In this document: one piece after another, positions 1 to 9,144 of the stretch | Numbering within the stretch: position 1 is the stretch's first letter | How the letters are laid out: each line of letters starts with the position of its first letter | Source of the DNA: a virus | Lineage: Duplodnaviria > Caudoviricetes | Reading direction: 5' to 3' (one strand) | Virus record (IMG/VR): IMGVR_UViG_3300002988_000063 | Location: 1 to 56,485 of that record | Length of the DNA stretch: 56,485 nucleotides | Translations under genes and position numbers: made by a program | Notes under the pieces: model-generated | The model's database searches: none | What the model saw: only the letters and a program-made list of their open reading frames with translations | What the model was told of the DNA's origin: nothing

Positions 1-639
1 TTATTCTACCATTAACATGTAAATATAACTTTCATAATACTTATCAGCCGCAACCATTTTCAGCGCAACTTCTTTAGCCTTATCGAGTTCAAACCGTCTT
101 ATATAGAAATACCAGAGACGACCCAGATAGAAGAGGTTGCCGGGATTCAAATTTATCAATTCATTAAGTTTATTGAAAAGCTCAAGGGATGTGTGTCCTA
201 ACCTGTCTTCTATCCCTAATAATTGGTCATGAATCTCCCCAAGTTCGTCCGCGCTATTAAAGAATTCCCGGAATTCCTCTCGATTCTCTACTACATTCCC
301 AGAAACATAAAGCTCTCTGTCTCTCTCACACTCAGCATAATCCTTTAACTCCGGGAACTTTTCTATCACTGAATTAATAACTTCTAATGCCATCTTAAAG
401 GAAGATTTTCCATCCCCTTTTTTCCAAATATCTTTTATTTTTCCTGCCGTGATGTAATGGCTAAACAAATCCAATAAATAATAGGGGTTATCAGGTTCTT
501 CGTTTATCTTAACCATTACTCTATCTATGAAACCTTCCTCGCCAAGATAGATAATGCCTATCTCTTCCGACCATATTCCCCAGTTTTTGGATATCTCGGG
601 ATGTAATTTATTGTATTCTTGTCTATTCATTTCAATCAC
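1..639 (-). CDS. TPR-like helical protein (family C, two internal repeats)
   Basis: Motifs EEPDNPYYLLDL and NLNPGNLFYLGRLWYFYIRRFELDKAKEV; the second is shared with 1394..1807. Confidence 0.6.
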   Translation of the reverse strand: MIEMNRQEYNKLHPEISKNWGIWSEEIGIIYLGEEGFIDRVMVKINEEPDNPYYLLDLFSHYITAGKIKDIWKKGDGKSSFKMALEVINSVIEKFPELKDYAECERDRELYVSGNVVENREEFREFFNSADELGEIHDQLLGIEDRLGHTSLELFNKLNELINLNPGNLFYLGRLWYFYIRRFELDKAKEVALKMVAADKYYESYIYMLMVE

Positions 640-645
640 CGCCTA

Positions 646-699
646 CCTTACTATACGACGGATTTTCAACTTTCTGCGCGGTTGCTATCGGTTATTTTA
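646..699 (-). repeat. Conserved intergenic repeat, copy 1
   Basis: CCTTACTATACGACGGA-N8-TTTCTGCGCGGTT-N6-GGTTATTTTA; 47/54 identical to 1814..1867. Confidence 0.9.
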
Positions 700-1422
700 T
701 TCCTCTTTATTTAATTCTTTCGCATCTTCCCTCATAAGAAGTGATAATATTTCTTCTTGTGTTTTTCCTTTTTTCTTGGCATTATCGGTAGTCACTCTTA
801 AATCCTTGGCTATTGCACGTTCCAGTTTTTTGAATTCTTTTTTAATATCGGTGAAGTCATATTTGATAATGAAATCACCCCCATGTAACTCTTTTTGAAC
901 AATATAACTCTCAATATTTAAAAGTCTTTCATATAAATAAGCGACCCCATCCTTTACATAAAGATTAATGACTTTCATAGGGTCTTCATTTTTTGCCGTA
1001 ATAAAAATGGCTTCATTAAGGGAATATTCATTTGAAAATACTTTACAATCAGTAGATGCTTTTAGAAATAAATTTTTTATTTTATCCTTGAACTCTTCAA
1101 AATTATAAGTCAAATTGAAGACTTTGCCCCCTAACTTATTAATACCTCTGTTATTTACTTTTTCCGTAAGAGCGTCAATATCTTTAACTCTTTTATCAAT
1201 GCCTAATATGTAAGTTTTAAATATCGTTATAAAAATCTTCAAGTCAATGGGAGTTTTGTATGAAGGGTCGTTAGGAGATAGAAGAACCATATCAGGAATG
1301 GCCTGTTTCATCTTATTTAAAAAATCTACCCTATTATTTATAGCCCAATTTTCCCATAATAATTCTATTATTTTAGCGGTATCTATACCCATATTAACTC
1401 CTTTCAAATATAGAAGATTCAA
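697..1422 (-). CDS. Hypothetical protein, possibly a distant member of family A
   Basis: Long ORF in operon orientation; weak C-terminal resemblance (FIIKYDFTDIKK vs WDISYDIGILDK). Confidence 0.55.
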   Translation of the reverse strand: MNLLYLKGVNMGIDTAKIIELLWENWAINNRVDFLNKMKQAIPDMVLLSPNDPSYKTPIDLKIFITIFKTYILGIDKRVKDIDALTEKVNNRGINKLGGKVFNLTYNFEEFKDKIKNLFLKASTDCKVFSNEYSLNEAIFITAKNEDPMKVINLYVKDGVAYLYERLLNIESYIVQKELHGGDFIIKYDFTDIKKEFKKLERAIAKDLRVTTDNAKKKGKTQEEILSLLMREDAKELNKEE

Positions 1423-1807
1423 TCTTTTTCAAATAATCTTCGGGTATTACTTTTTTATTCCCCCAAAGGTAAACTTTAAGGTAGACATCTAATCGGCTCA
1501 CATCATTATCCAAATCCGCAATAATTTCCCAATGCTCTATCATGTCTTCGGGGTAATCTACCGGAAACATTTTTATTACTTCCCGCGCTTTATCCAACTC
1601 AAATCTTATAACATAGAACTCATATAACTCCTCTACATAAAAAGGGTTGTGAGGGTCATTTTTTAAGAGTTCCATTAATTTATCATAAACTTTTTGCGAC
1701 CCATAACCATAATCAATCTTAAGGCGGTCGATACCCATAGCCACTTCAATATATTTCTCTTTTGTCGGGAAATATTTCGGCACTAAATCTTCAAACATAA
1801 TAATCAC
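1394..1807 (-). CDS. TPR-like protein (family C)
   Basis: DPHNPFYVEELYEFYVIRFELDKAREV; paralog of 1..639. Confidence 0.6.
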   Translation of the reverse strand: MIIMFEDLVPKYFPTKEKYIEVAMGIDRLKIDYGYGSQKVYDKLMELLKNDPHNPFYVEELYEFYVIRFELDKAREVIKMFPVDYPEDMIEHWEIIADLDNDVSRLDVYLKVYLWGNKKVIPEDYLKKIESSIFERS

Positions 1808-1813
1808 CCCCTG

Positions 1814-1867
1814 CCTTACTATACGACGGAATTTTGAATTTCTGCGCGGTTACTCTGGGTTATTTTA
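1814..1867 (-). repeat. Conserved intergenic repeat, copy 2
   Basis: Near-identical to 646..699; starts at the TAA of the upstream gene. Confidence 0.9.
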
Positions 1868-2257
1868 TTCCCATATTTCCTGTAATCGCTTTTTAAGCCA
1901 TTGTAAAGTCTCTTCATTTCCAGGCATACTGTCGGACAATAGAAAGGCCCGGCAAGCTTCAAATTCCTTCTTGTAATGCTCCATATCAGGGTATAATTCA
2001 ATTAATTTAACGAAGGTTTGTAGAGCCTTTAAATATTCATGTTCCCTCTGATATTCCAAACCCATCCAACGTAGGAGGTCAGGAGCGTCGGGATATTTAG
2101 CATTCATCTCTAAAAGGAAGGGTAAGACTCCCTCTATTTTTCTTGCACATAATTCATTATATTTATGAATAAGTTTAACCGCAAAAAGAGGGTCATTGGG
2201 AACTTTCTTTTCCCAGTATGAAAATATCCCGAAAGGAGTCTTCTTCTCTTTCTTCAT
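1865..2257 (-). CDS. TPR-like protein (family B, YPDAPD motif)
   Basis: PFLLEMNAKYPDAPDLL...KLIELYP...DSMP..EETLQWL. Confidence 0.7.
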   Translation of the reverse strand: MKKEKKTPFGIFSYWEKKVPNDPLFAVKLIHKYNELCARKIEGVLPFLLEMNAKYPDAPDLLRWMGLEYQREHEYLKALQTFVKLIELYPDMEHYKKEFEACRAFLLSDSMPGNEETLQWLKKRLQEIWE

Positions 2258-2265
2258 AATTCACC

Positions 2266-2658
2266 TTATTTCCATATTTCGTTTATCTTATTCCGCAACC
2301 ACTGTAAGGTCTCTTCGCTCTCCGGCATACTATCCGCTTCTATGTAGGCTTTACAGCTTTCAATATCTTTACGGTAATGTTCAACGGCAGGATATAATTC
2401 AATTAGTTTTGAATAAATCTGAAGAGCTTTTAAGTAATCATCATCCTTTTCATAAGCTTCCGCCAACCAGTGAAGGATATCAGGGGCGTCAGGGTATTTA
2501 GCCTTCATCTCTAAAAGGAATGGGAATAAACTGTCGCCCTTCTCCAGTAATGAAGTGTGCCTATCCATAACTTTGATAGCGAACCATTTCCCTTCGGAGT
2601 GATTTGCTTCCCAATATCTTATTCCTTCTTTATAATGTCCTGATTTATGAGAAGTCAT
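2266..2658 (-). CDS. TPR-like protein (family B)
   Basis: PFLLEMKAKYPDAPDIL...KLIELYP...ADSMPESEETLQWL. Confidence 0.7.
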   Translation of the reverse strand: MTSHKSGHYKEGIRYWEANHSEGKWFAIKVMDRHTSLLEKGDSLFPFLLEMKAKYPDAPDILHWLAEAYEKDDDYLKALQIYSKLIELYPAVEHYRKDIESCKAYIEADSMPESEETLQWLRNKINEIWK

Positions 2659-2671
2659 GATATGCCTCCTG

Positions 2672-3343
2672 TTATAGGTTATTTAATATATTGTAATCAT
2701 CCTGTAATTCCGATAACCGGACTTTTATGTTTTTATCCAGAATGCCAATATCATAAGAAATATCCCAGACACTATTAGATAGAACAAGCTTTTCGCCGTC
2801 CTTAAATTCTTCTGTGTCGAAAGTAAAATAAAATTGAAGCAGGATTTCCTCTCTAATATTATCCAGTATGTCCTGAATATTTTTGGCTCCTTCTATTACG
2901 GTTTTCCCGTTTTTATATCCCAGATTCTTTTTATTCTGGTAATATCCTGCCAAACTATCTATGATAAGAATGTTTTTATTTCTTTTTAAAAGTCTCAGGT
3001 CTTCTTCTAATTTTTTATTTATTCTTGCAATCTCTTCGATTAAGAGGTCAAGTTGAAGTTTTAAATGTCTTTGCTCAATATCGTTGGTTTTAAAGGATTT
3101 GGCAAGTAATCCTCTTTTAACACTTTCAATATAACCTATACTGAAACTGAATTTACCTATAACACTTTTATAGACATCGTAAAGCTTCTTATACTCTTCA
3201 TTAAAAGTATTATAGTCCGGAACATTCCTGTCGCTTATTTCAATCTTGCCTTGAAAGCCTTTAGTCCCCAAGTAATGAATATAACCTTCGATTTTCTTTA
3301 TGTCCACTGCTTCATTAATATTGAATAAAAATGTCTTTATCAT
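2672..3343 (-). CDS. Hypothetical protein (family A)
   Basis: MIKTFLFNINEAVDIK...; clear paralog of 3870..4562. Confidence 0.7.
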   Translation of the reverse strand: MIKTFLFNINEAVDIKKIEGYIHYLGTKGFQGKIEISDRNVPDYNTFNEEYKKLYDVYKSVIGKFSFSIGYIESVKRGLLAKSFKTNDIEQRHLKLQLDLLIEEIARINKKLEEDLRLLKRNKNILIIDSLAGYYQNKKNLGYKNGKTVIEGAKNIQDILDNIREEILLQFYFTFDTEEFKDGEKLVLSNSVWDISYDIGILDKNIKVRLSELQDDYNILNNL

Positions 3344-3397
3344 TTTTATTCCCTCCCATGAATTATCTCCCTAATATATAATACAGGTTCCGGAGAG

Positions 3398-3426
3398 TTT
3401 CTGCACGGTTGCTCTCGGTTATTTTA
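3398..3426 (-). repeat. Conserved intergenic repeat, copy 3 (partial)
   Basis: TTTCTGCACGGTTGCTCTCGGTTATTTTA; 27/29 identical to copy 1. Confidence 0.85.
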
Positions 3427-3873
3427 GTTCCAAATCTCCTGTAATCGTTTTTTAAGCCATTCAAGCGTTTCTTCACTTTCTGGCATACTGTCCGCTTCTA
3501 TGTAGGCACGACAAGCTTCTACCCTCCTCTGGTAATCACTAACAAAGGGATATAGTTCGGTAAGTTTCATGTAATATTTTATCGCCGTAATATGTTCTTC
3601 GTTCTCGTGGTAAGTCTGAGCTAAAAAATTAAGAATGTCAGGCGCATCGGGATACTCATTAAGTAGTTCCAATAAATAAGAAGTAGGGTCTAATCCTTTG
3701 AATTCATAATCGCTATATTTCTCCATTATCGTCAAGTAATGACTGGCTTTTTTAGGGTGTTTATATCCCCAGTAATTCTTAACTAACTCAGAGGAACTAA
3801 TTCTTTGACCCTCTGATATAATTTTATTGAGGTATAAACCGAATATCTGGCTTCCTACTTCTAAATCATTCAT
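3424..3873 (-). CDS. TPR-like protein (family B)
   Basis: YPDAPDILNFLA...KLTELYP...ADSMPESEETLEWL. Confidence 0.7.
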   Translation of the reverse strand: MNDLEVGSQIFGLYLNKIISEGQRISSSELVKNYWGYKHPKKASHYLTIMEKYSDYEFKGLDPTSYLLELLNEYPDAPDILNFLAQTYHENEEHITAIKYYMKLTELYPFVSDYQRRVEACRAYIEADSMPESEETLEWLKKRLQEIWN

Positions 3874-4562
3874 TTTGAACCTGCTTTCACGTTCTTAAAA
3901 ATGTTCAAATCTTCCTCTAACTCAAGAAGTCTGCTTTTTATATTTTCGTCGATATCTTTGAGAGGATAGGTAATATCCCAGTATTTTAAATGAAAGACAA
4001 TCTGTTCATTCTCAATGGTAATATAAAGGTTAGACCTTTGATAGAAGTTTTTCAGATAGTCTTTTATAATCTCCAACAACTCCTGAATTCCTTCATTTCC
4101 CGTTAATTGTATTTTAGTCTCCTTATATTTAAGCTTTTTCCGGTTGTGATAGAAACCGCTTGTGCTTTCCCTGAGACTCTTTTCAAACTTCTTTAAAATA
4201 TTCAAGTCTTTTTCCAGTAACTCTCTCTGGGTCTGTAATGACTCCTTAAAAAGTTCCAGTTTTATTCCAAAATGTCTGGCCTCTATTTGGTTATGTTTGA
4301 AAGACTTAGAATATAAATTGGCCTTCAAAGTTTCCACATACTCTTCTTCCTTACTGAATAAATTGGCTATACTATCATACCATCCATAGATTTTCTTATA
4401 GTAAGAGTTGAAATCCCCGTAACTTAATATGTTTGGGCTATGTAAATTAATACTCCCCTTGAAACCTTCCCGCCCCAACTCATAAATATAACTTCGAATG
4501 ATTTTAATATCCACTGCTTCATTAATCCTGAATAACAGAGTTTTTATAGTCATAGCACTCAC
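3870..4562 (-). CDS. Hypothetical protein (family A)
   Basis: IKTLLFRINEAVDIK; ATGA overlap with the downstream family B gene. Confidence 0.7.
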   Translation of the reverse strand: MSAMTIKTLLFRINEAVDIKIIRSYIYELGREGFKGSINLHSPNILSYGDFNSYYKKIYGWYDSIANLFSKEEEYVETLKANLYSKSFKHNQIEARHFGIKLELFKESLQTQRELLEKDLNILKKFEKSLRESTSGFYHNRKKLKYKETKIQLTGNEGIQELLEIIKDYLKNFYQRSNLYITIENEQIVFHLKYWDITYPLKDIDENIKSRLLELEEDLNIFKNVKAGSK

Positions 4563-4596
4563 TCCTAAGATTTAATTCCTATCTGTAATTTATAAC

Positions 4597-5478
4597 TTAT
4601 TTCGTAGTCACGCTATAACTCTGATACTGTTCGATTTTAGCCGCTCCATATGCCAGTTTGAAGTAGCCGGAATTCCCCCAACTTGTTCCCCAACTATTCT
4701 TGATTATCCAACACTTCTCAGCATCATTATATCCAACCACGCAGACCGCATGGCCTCCCGCTGAAACCGTCGTGTTGGGGCTATAGACGCCGCTCCTGTA
4801 ATAGTTAAGGTCACGGTAATAGACCATGGAGCTAACGATGGGGCCTTTCTGGAGGTAGTATTTCATATTGTCCGCACCATTGAACCCGGTATAGCTCTTT
4901 ATCTTATGGCACAACGGTATCTTGGTGGTATAGGTGGGGGTTTTAGGTATCTGGGAGTAAGGTGCGTCGGTCTCTCTGCAATACCCGTTAAATGCTTTCG
5001 CTGAGTCAAGGCACCACGAGATGAGTCCGCCCGTTTTGTAATAGGTTGCGGATTTGCCCTTGGAGCGGTAGAAAAGGTCGAGCTCTGAGTAGTCCAGAGC
5101 TTTCTTCATATTGTTATCGATATTCTCCTGCGCTTCAATAGCGGCGATACTTGCAAAGGCGGTGCAGACTGGATATATGCTCTGGTTCCTTACCGGAGTA
5201 GCGAATTGAGTCCAGTCGATTTTAGACGGGGCCTTGAAGTTAGCCGGAGCGTGTGCGATAGGGGGAGCGGCGGGGATATAAGAAGGGTTATTCTCGGCGT
5301 TATTGGAGAAGAGTTGGTCGAGGGTTGTTGTTGTAATTGAGGCATTTTCTGTGGATACGACGTTATTTGAAATAGGGGAAGTAACTGTTTCGGAACCAGA
5401 TGAAAGGCATCCTACAAGGACCAAGGTGAAAACCATTAAAAACACCAGATTAATTGCTGTTTTAGTCATAACAACCAC
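4597..5478 (-). CDS. Papain-like C1 cysteine peptidase, lipoprotein
   Basis: Lipobox LVGC; IDW..TPVRNQ, catalytic Cys in VCTAFA, GGHAVCVVGY, WIIKNSWG. Confidence 0.9.
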   Translation of the reverse strand: MVVMTKTAINLVFLMVFTLVLVGCLSSGSETVTSPISNNVVSTENASITTTTLDQLFSNNAENNPSYIPAAPPIAHAPANFKAPSKIDWTQFATPVRNQSIYPVCTAFASIAAIEAQENIDNNMKKALDYSELDLFYRSKGKSATYYKTGGLISWCLDSAKAFNGYCRETDAPYSQIPKTPTYTTKIPLCHKIKSYTGFNGADNMKYYLQKGPIVSSMVYYRDLNYYRSGVYSPNTTVSAGGHAVCVVGYNDAEKCWIIKNSWGTSWGNSGYFKLAYGAAKIEQYQSYSVTTK

Positions 5479-5584
5479 TCCTTTTTATTTCTTGATTAGG
5501 ACCATGTAAATTAGTGACTCTTAAACGATAAACTAGTGACAAGAGAGGACTTCGTTCATATTTCTTCTCAACCATTTCGCCTAA

Positions 5585-6007
5585 CTACAGGTTAACGCCT
5601 ATCATCCATTTATCCATTGCTTTATCGAATTCGTGATATCCTTCGATACCTGATGAAAATTGAAAATCCATAAGTATTTTTATAAGTTCGTGCTTCTTAA
5701 CGAAATCAGTAACTTCCGGATACGCGAAAACAAGTATTTTCGAAACTATATACGCTGCGAATAAGTTGTCGCTATTATGGAAATGGTCAGCCAGCATTAT
5801 AAGGACACCTGGAGAGTCTGGATAATGTTCGAAAAGCGTTATTAAATAACTTGTTTGGGAATCGCCTATAATTTTATGTTTGGCCAGTTCTGTTAAAATC
5901 GTGTATTGATAGAATGGTTTCCCTTTCTGTTCCCAATACAGGTCTATTACGGCCTGAGAGTCCGTTAAATCCGGCGCAAATATTTTGTTTTCGTTCATAA
6001 TCAACAC
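5585..6007 (-). CDS. Diverged TPR-like protein (family B)
   Basis: YLITLFEHYPDSPGVLIMLA. Confidence 0.55.
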   Translation of the reverse strand: MLIMNENKIFAPDLTDSQAVIDLYWEQKGKPFYQYTILTELAKHKIIGDSQTSYLITLFEHYPDSPGVLIMLADHFHNSDNLFAAYIVSKILVFAYPEVTDFVKKHELIKILMDFQFSSGIEGYHEFDKAMDKWMIGVNL

Positions 6008-6033
6008 CTCTGGATTCGTATATTCCGCATTTC

Positions 6034-6891
6034 TTATAGAGTTAACTTATGGCCTTTGAAACATAAATAGCCTGGCTCGAATTCGATTTCTACCGGCTTA
6101 TCGTCATTCTCATCAAGGTGGTATTCTTTCACTATGTCTTCGTAATGCTCCTCGTTCTTTAGTATGTCTCTGAGCATTTCTTTCACGGTGGCAGGCTTGT
6201 CGCTTGTTTTTTCTCCCCTATATTTCGATAACACTTTCCATGCGTCCAAAAAATTCCGTTTGAATTCAGGATGGTTTGAATAGTAACGATAATAACGTCC
6301 GCATTCTATGCACAGCCCGCTATGTCTCCAGTTTGAAAGTATCAAAAGCCCCTCTACCATATAGACGTTTCCGCCACAGTTTTCGCATTTACACACCAGT
6401 TCTTCGTCGGACCATAGCTTCAATAAAGCTCCGAGATGTAAAGGTCCGCCCCCGAAATATGGCGACTGTAACCATACGCCATTAATGGTAATATTAGAGT
6501 ATTTCGGGGTCGCAAGGATTAAATCACGTTGTTCTATTATCTGTTTCATAAAAGAGTAAAACCTTCCACTATCGGTGTTTCTCATCCTGTGTTCGTTAGC
6601 CGCTTTAGTGATAGATTTTAAAGTTTCCTCTGTAACGCCGTAAAAGGCTTTAATTCTATTGAAAAATCTGTTCTTAATAACGCCTTTTTCTTCAGCATCT
6701 TTAAGCCGGGAAATCCATGTCTCTTCAATAGGCAATCCCATACCTATGAGGGCGGATTCGTATGTGAGAGACCTTTCTATACGCAGACACTTAAAGTATT
6801 CTCCGAAAAGATTATTGTTTATCATGTTTGCCCTCCTCGCGGTCCATGTTTTCAATATAATCATCGAACCAACCGTATAGTTCAGCGCCAT
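6034..6891 (-). CDS. Protein with N-terminal XRE-like HTH and C-terminal Zn-ribbon
   Basis: FGEYFKCLRIERSLT...ISRL...E; CENC...CIEC; true start probably near 6825. Confidence 0.55.
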   Translation of the reverse strand: MALNYTVGSMIILKTWTARRANMINNNLFGEYFKCLRIERSLTYESALIGMGLPIEETWISRLKDAEEKGVIKNRFFNRIKAFYGVTEETLKSITKAANEHRMRNTDSGRFYSFMKQIIEQRDLILATPKYSNITINGVWLQSPYFGGGPLHLGALLKLWSDEELVCKCENCGGNVYMVEGLLILSNWRHSGLCIECGRYYRYYSNHPEFKRNFLDAWKVLSKYRGEKTSDKPATVKEMLRDILKNEEHYEDIVKEYHLDENDDKPVEIEFEPGYLCFKGHKLTL

Positions 6892-7303
6892 GCCTTATAA
6901 GTTCGCTTTTCTCTGTCGCTATTTCTCCGCTTGTGAAGATTTTCAAAAGTTTATTGTTTTGCTTTATTGAACCGACACTATGGTATATACGGGCCATTTC
7001 GCACGAGTATTTAAAGGCTGCTATGGTATTATTTTCTTTAAGATAAGCATTTTTGATTTCGGATAAGACATCAGGGGCTTCGGGATACGCTTCTATCAGG
7101 CGAATAAGGTATGGAATCGTCGGCAAACCGTTGTCGTTAAGACGCTTTAATTCGGCGGCTATTTCGATATATTTTCCAGGCTCTCCCAGCAGTTCCCAGT
7201 AGTATTGTGACAGGTCGTTGATTTTATGGAGGTCGTAACCATTAGCGAACCTCGGGCTTGCATTAATAATCTCTGTTATCTTTGACATTTCAACCACCTC
7301 CAC
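6812..7303 (-). CDS. Diverged TPR-like protein (family B)
   Basis: PYLIRLIEAYPEAPDVL. Confidence 0.55.
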   Translation of the reverse strand: MEVVEMSKITEIINASPRFANGYDLHKINDLSQYYWELLGEPGKYIEIAAELKRLNDNGLPTIPYLIRLIEAYPEAPDVLSEIKNAYLKENNTIAAFKYSCEMARIYHSVGSIKQNNKLLKIFTSGEIATEKSELIRHGAELYGWFDDYIENMDREEGKHDKQ

Positions 7304-7397
7304 TACATTATACGGAAACGCTCATTACTCTGGACAAATATATGGTAGTTTTTTTGGAGGTTCGATATGGCTGTCAACTCTTTTTGTTGCGTTCATA

Positions 7398-8096
7398 TTA
7401 TTTCAATAGTTTCCCGGTTTCTTTCGATTCATATTTGGCCGCTATATCAAGTGGTGTCCTTCCTTCATTGTCTTCGGTGTAGGTATCAGCGCCACGCTCT
7501 ATAAGTAATTTAGCGGTGTCGTTCAAATTTTTCCAGGCTGCGTTATGAAGCGGAGTCCAGCCACTATTATCTTTAGCATTGACCTCCGCGCCATGACCTA
7601 TCAATAGCTCTGAAATTTCTTTGTGACGACTCAATTGTAATGCGGTCTTTCCAGCATTAGTTTTAGCATGGATATCAGCGCCATGGGCTAACAACAATTC
7701 GACTATGTCTTTTAGCTTTGCCCATGAAGCGCAGTGAAGTGGAGTTTCCCCGCAACCGTTTTTAGCGTTAACATCTGCTCCGTGAGTTATCAATAGTTTT
7801 ACGATTGCTTTGGATTTTCTCTGAACGGCATAAAAAAGAGGTGTCATTTCGAATACGTCTTTCGCATTGACATTTACGCCTAAAGCTATAAATGAAGAAA
7901 GGGTTTTCGCGCTATAATCGTTAATTGATTTTATAAAAAAGTCGTTGCGGCAGGTTATCCACAATTGATTTAGTTTTTGTTGAGCGATGACTGAATCAAA
8001 TTTATCGGCGGGACAAGAACTGCTGGGACATACATTAACTTTATCTGAAACCCGCTTCACGCATCCTGGATTTTTTATAAGTGCCATAACTATCAC
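7398..8096 (-). CDS. Ankyrin repeat protein
   Basis: Repeated GADVNAK..G.TPLH.A units. Confidence 0.95.
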   Translation of the reverse strand: MIVMALIKNPGCVKRVSDKVNVCPSSSCPADKFDSVIAQQKLNQLWITCRNDFFIKSINDYSAKTLSSFIALGVNVNAKDVFEMTPLFYAVQRKSKAIVKLLITHGADVNAKNGCGETPLHCASWAKLKDIVELLLAHGADIHAKTNAGKTALQLSRHKEISELLIGHGAEVNAKDNSGWTPLHNAAWKNLNDTAKLLIERGADTYTEDNEGRTPLDIAAKYESKETGKLLK

Positions 8097-8360
8097 CTTT
8101 CTCCTTTATTCGAACACTAACGTTAAACTATTAACTTTTTCAAATATTTATAATAATAATTAATAAGCATAAAACATGCCGGGTTAATTTCGTGATTTGA
8201 AACAACCTTTTAAAAACCGACATTGACGAAGGTAAATGTTAAATAAATTAAGGGCTTATTGGCGAGGTATAATTTTCAATCGAACCAGACGGCAAAATAA
8301 TCGTTTTTATAGTTATTCTTTATTAAATATTTATCGATAGTTAAGTATTTCAAAAAAATA

Positions 8361-8744
8361 TCAGGCTTTCTCGTGTTGACTTATCCATTCCCGGACATAT
8401 CGCTCATCGTATCTTCCTTCGGCGGTTCCAAGTCCCAGGTCAACCAATTCGGCCTGTGTGTAGTTCAGGTTGATACCGTTCATCTTGGTCAGCAGGAGCA
8501 TCATACAGACGCCTATACGCTTATTGCCGTCCATAAAGCCATGGTTCTTTATCAAACCATGGCTTATGGCGGCAATTTTATCTTCGAGGGCTGGAAAGAG
8601 GTCATTGGAATCGAATGAAGCGAATGCTCTTTTTATAGCAGCGTCGATGAGCGAAGCATCACGGACTTTTTTATCTCCTCCGGCCATCTCCGCTATCTTA
8701 GCGTGGAAAAGGAATACATTATCGATTCCAATAGATTTCATCAC
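8361..8744 (-). CDS. doc: Doc/Fic family toxin (death-on-curing type)
   Basis: NHGFMDGNKRIG Fic motif, 127 aa. Confidence 0.9.
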   Translation of the reverse strand: MMKSIGIDNVFLFHAKIAEMAGGDKKVRDASLIDAAIKRAFASFDSNDLFPALEDKIAAISHGLIKNHGFMDGNKRIGVCMMLLLTKMNGINLNYTQAELVDLGLGTAEGRYDERYVREWISQHEKA

Positions 8745-8869
8745 TTCGCCAGCTCCTTTAAAGCTTCGATGTTATCGGCTATGATTAAGTCCATGAGTCG
8801 TTCCAGTTCCTTCTGGTTGGCCATGGACAGGTTGTGGTCATATGGTGGTAGAACATGATTATTTGTCAT
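8741..8869 (-). CDS. Putative small antitoxin (Phd-like C-terminus)
   Basis: GGGAGG RBS before ATG 8869; ends DNIEALKELAK; overlaps the doc start. Confidence 0.6.
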   Translation of the reverse strand: MTNNHVLPPYDHNLSMANQKELERLMDLIIADNIEALKELAK

Positions 8870-9144
8870 AGCGAGCCTCCCCAAGGAATAATCGATGAAG
8901 TCTACGTATCTCTTTTTTAGTCTCTGATAGGTTGAATTTATAACTTTTAATCTGGTTACTTTTTTCATCAAGTTTACTGATTTTATATACCAAACAGTTT
9001 TTAAAATTTCGCACTCCTGCTCTAAAAAGGTTAATTTAGTCGTGAGTCTTTTACGCGATAGTCAGACCTTTTTCTTCTGTTTGGCTACAGAATGGGTAGG
9101 TCCATTCGGTTGTCGGGTACTATGCAACGATATAACACATCACT

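Noticed and set aside
646-3426. Intergenic repeats as a CRISPR array or attC sites
   Set aside because: Copies are separated by whole genes, no cas genes are present, and there is no hairpin or RYYYAAC/GTTRRRY pair.
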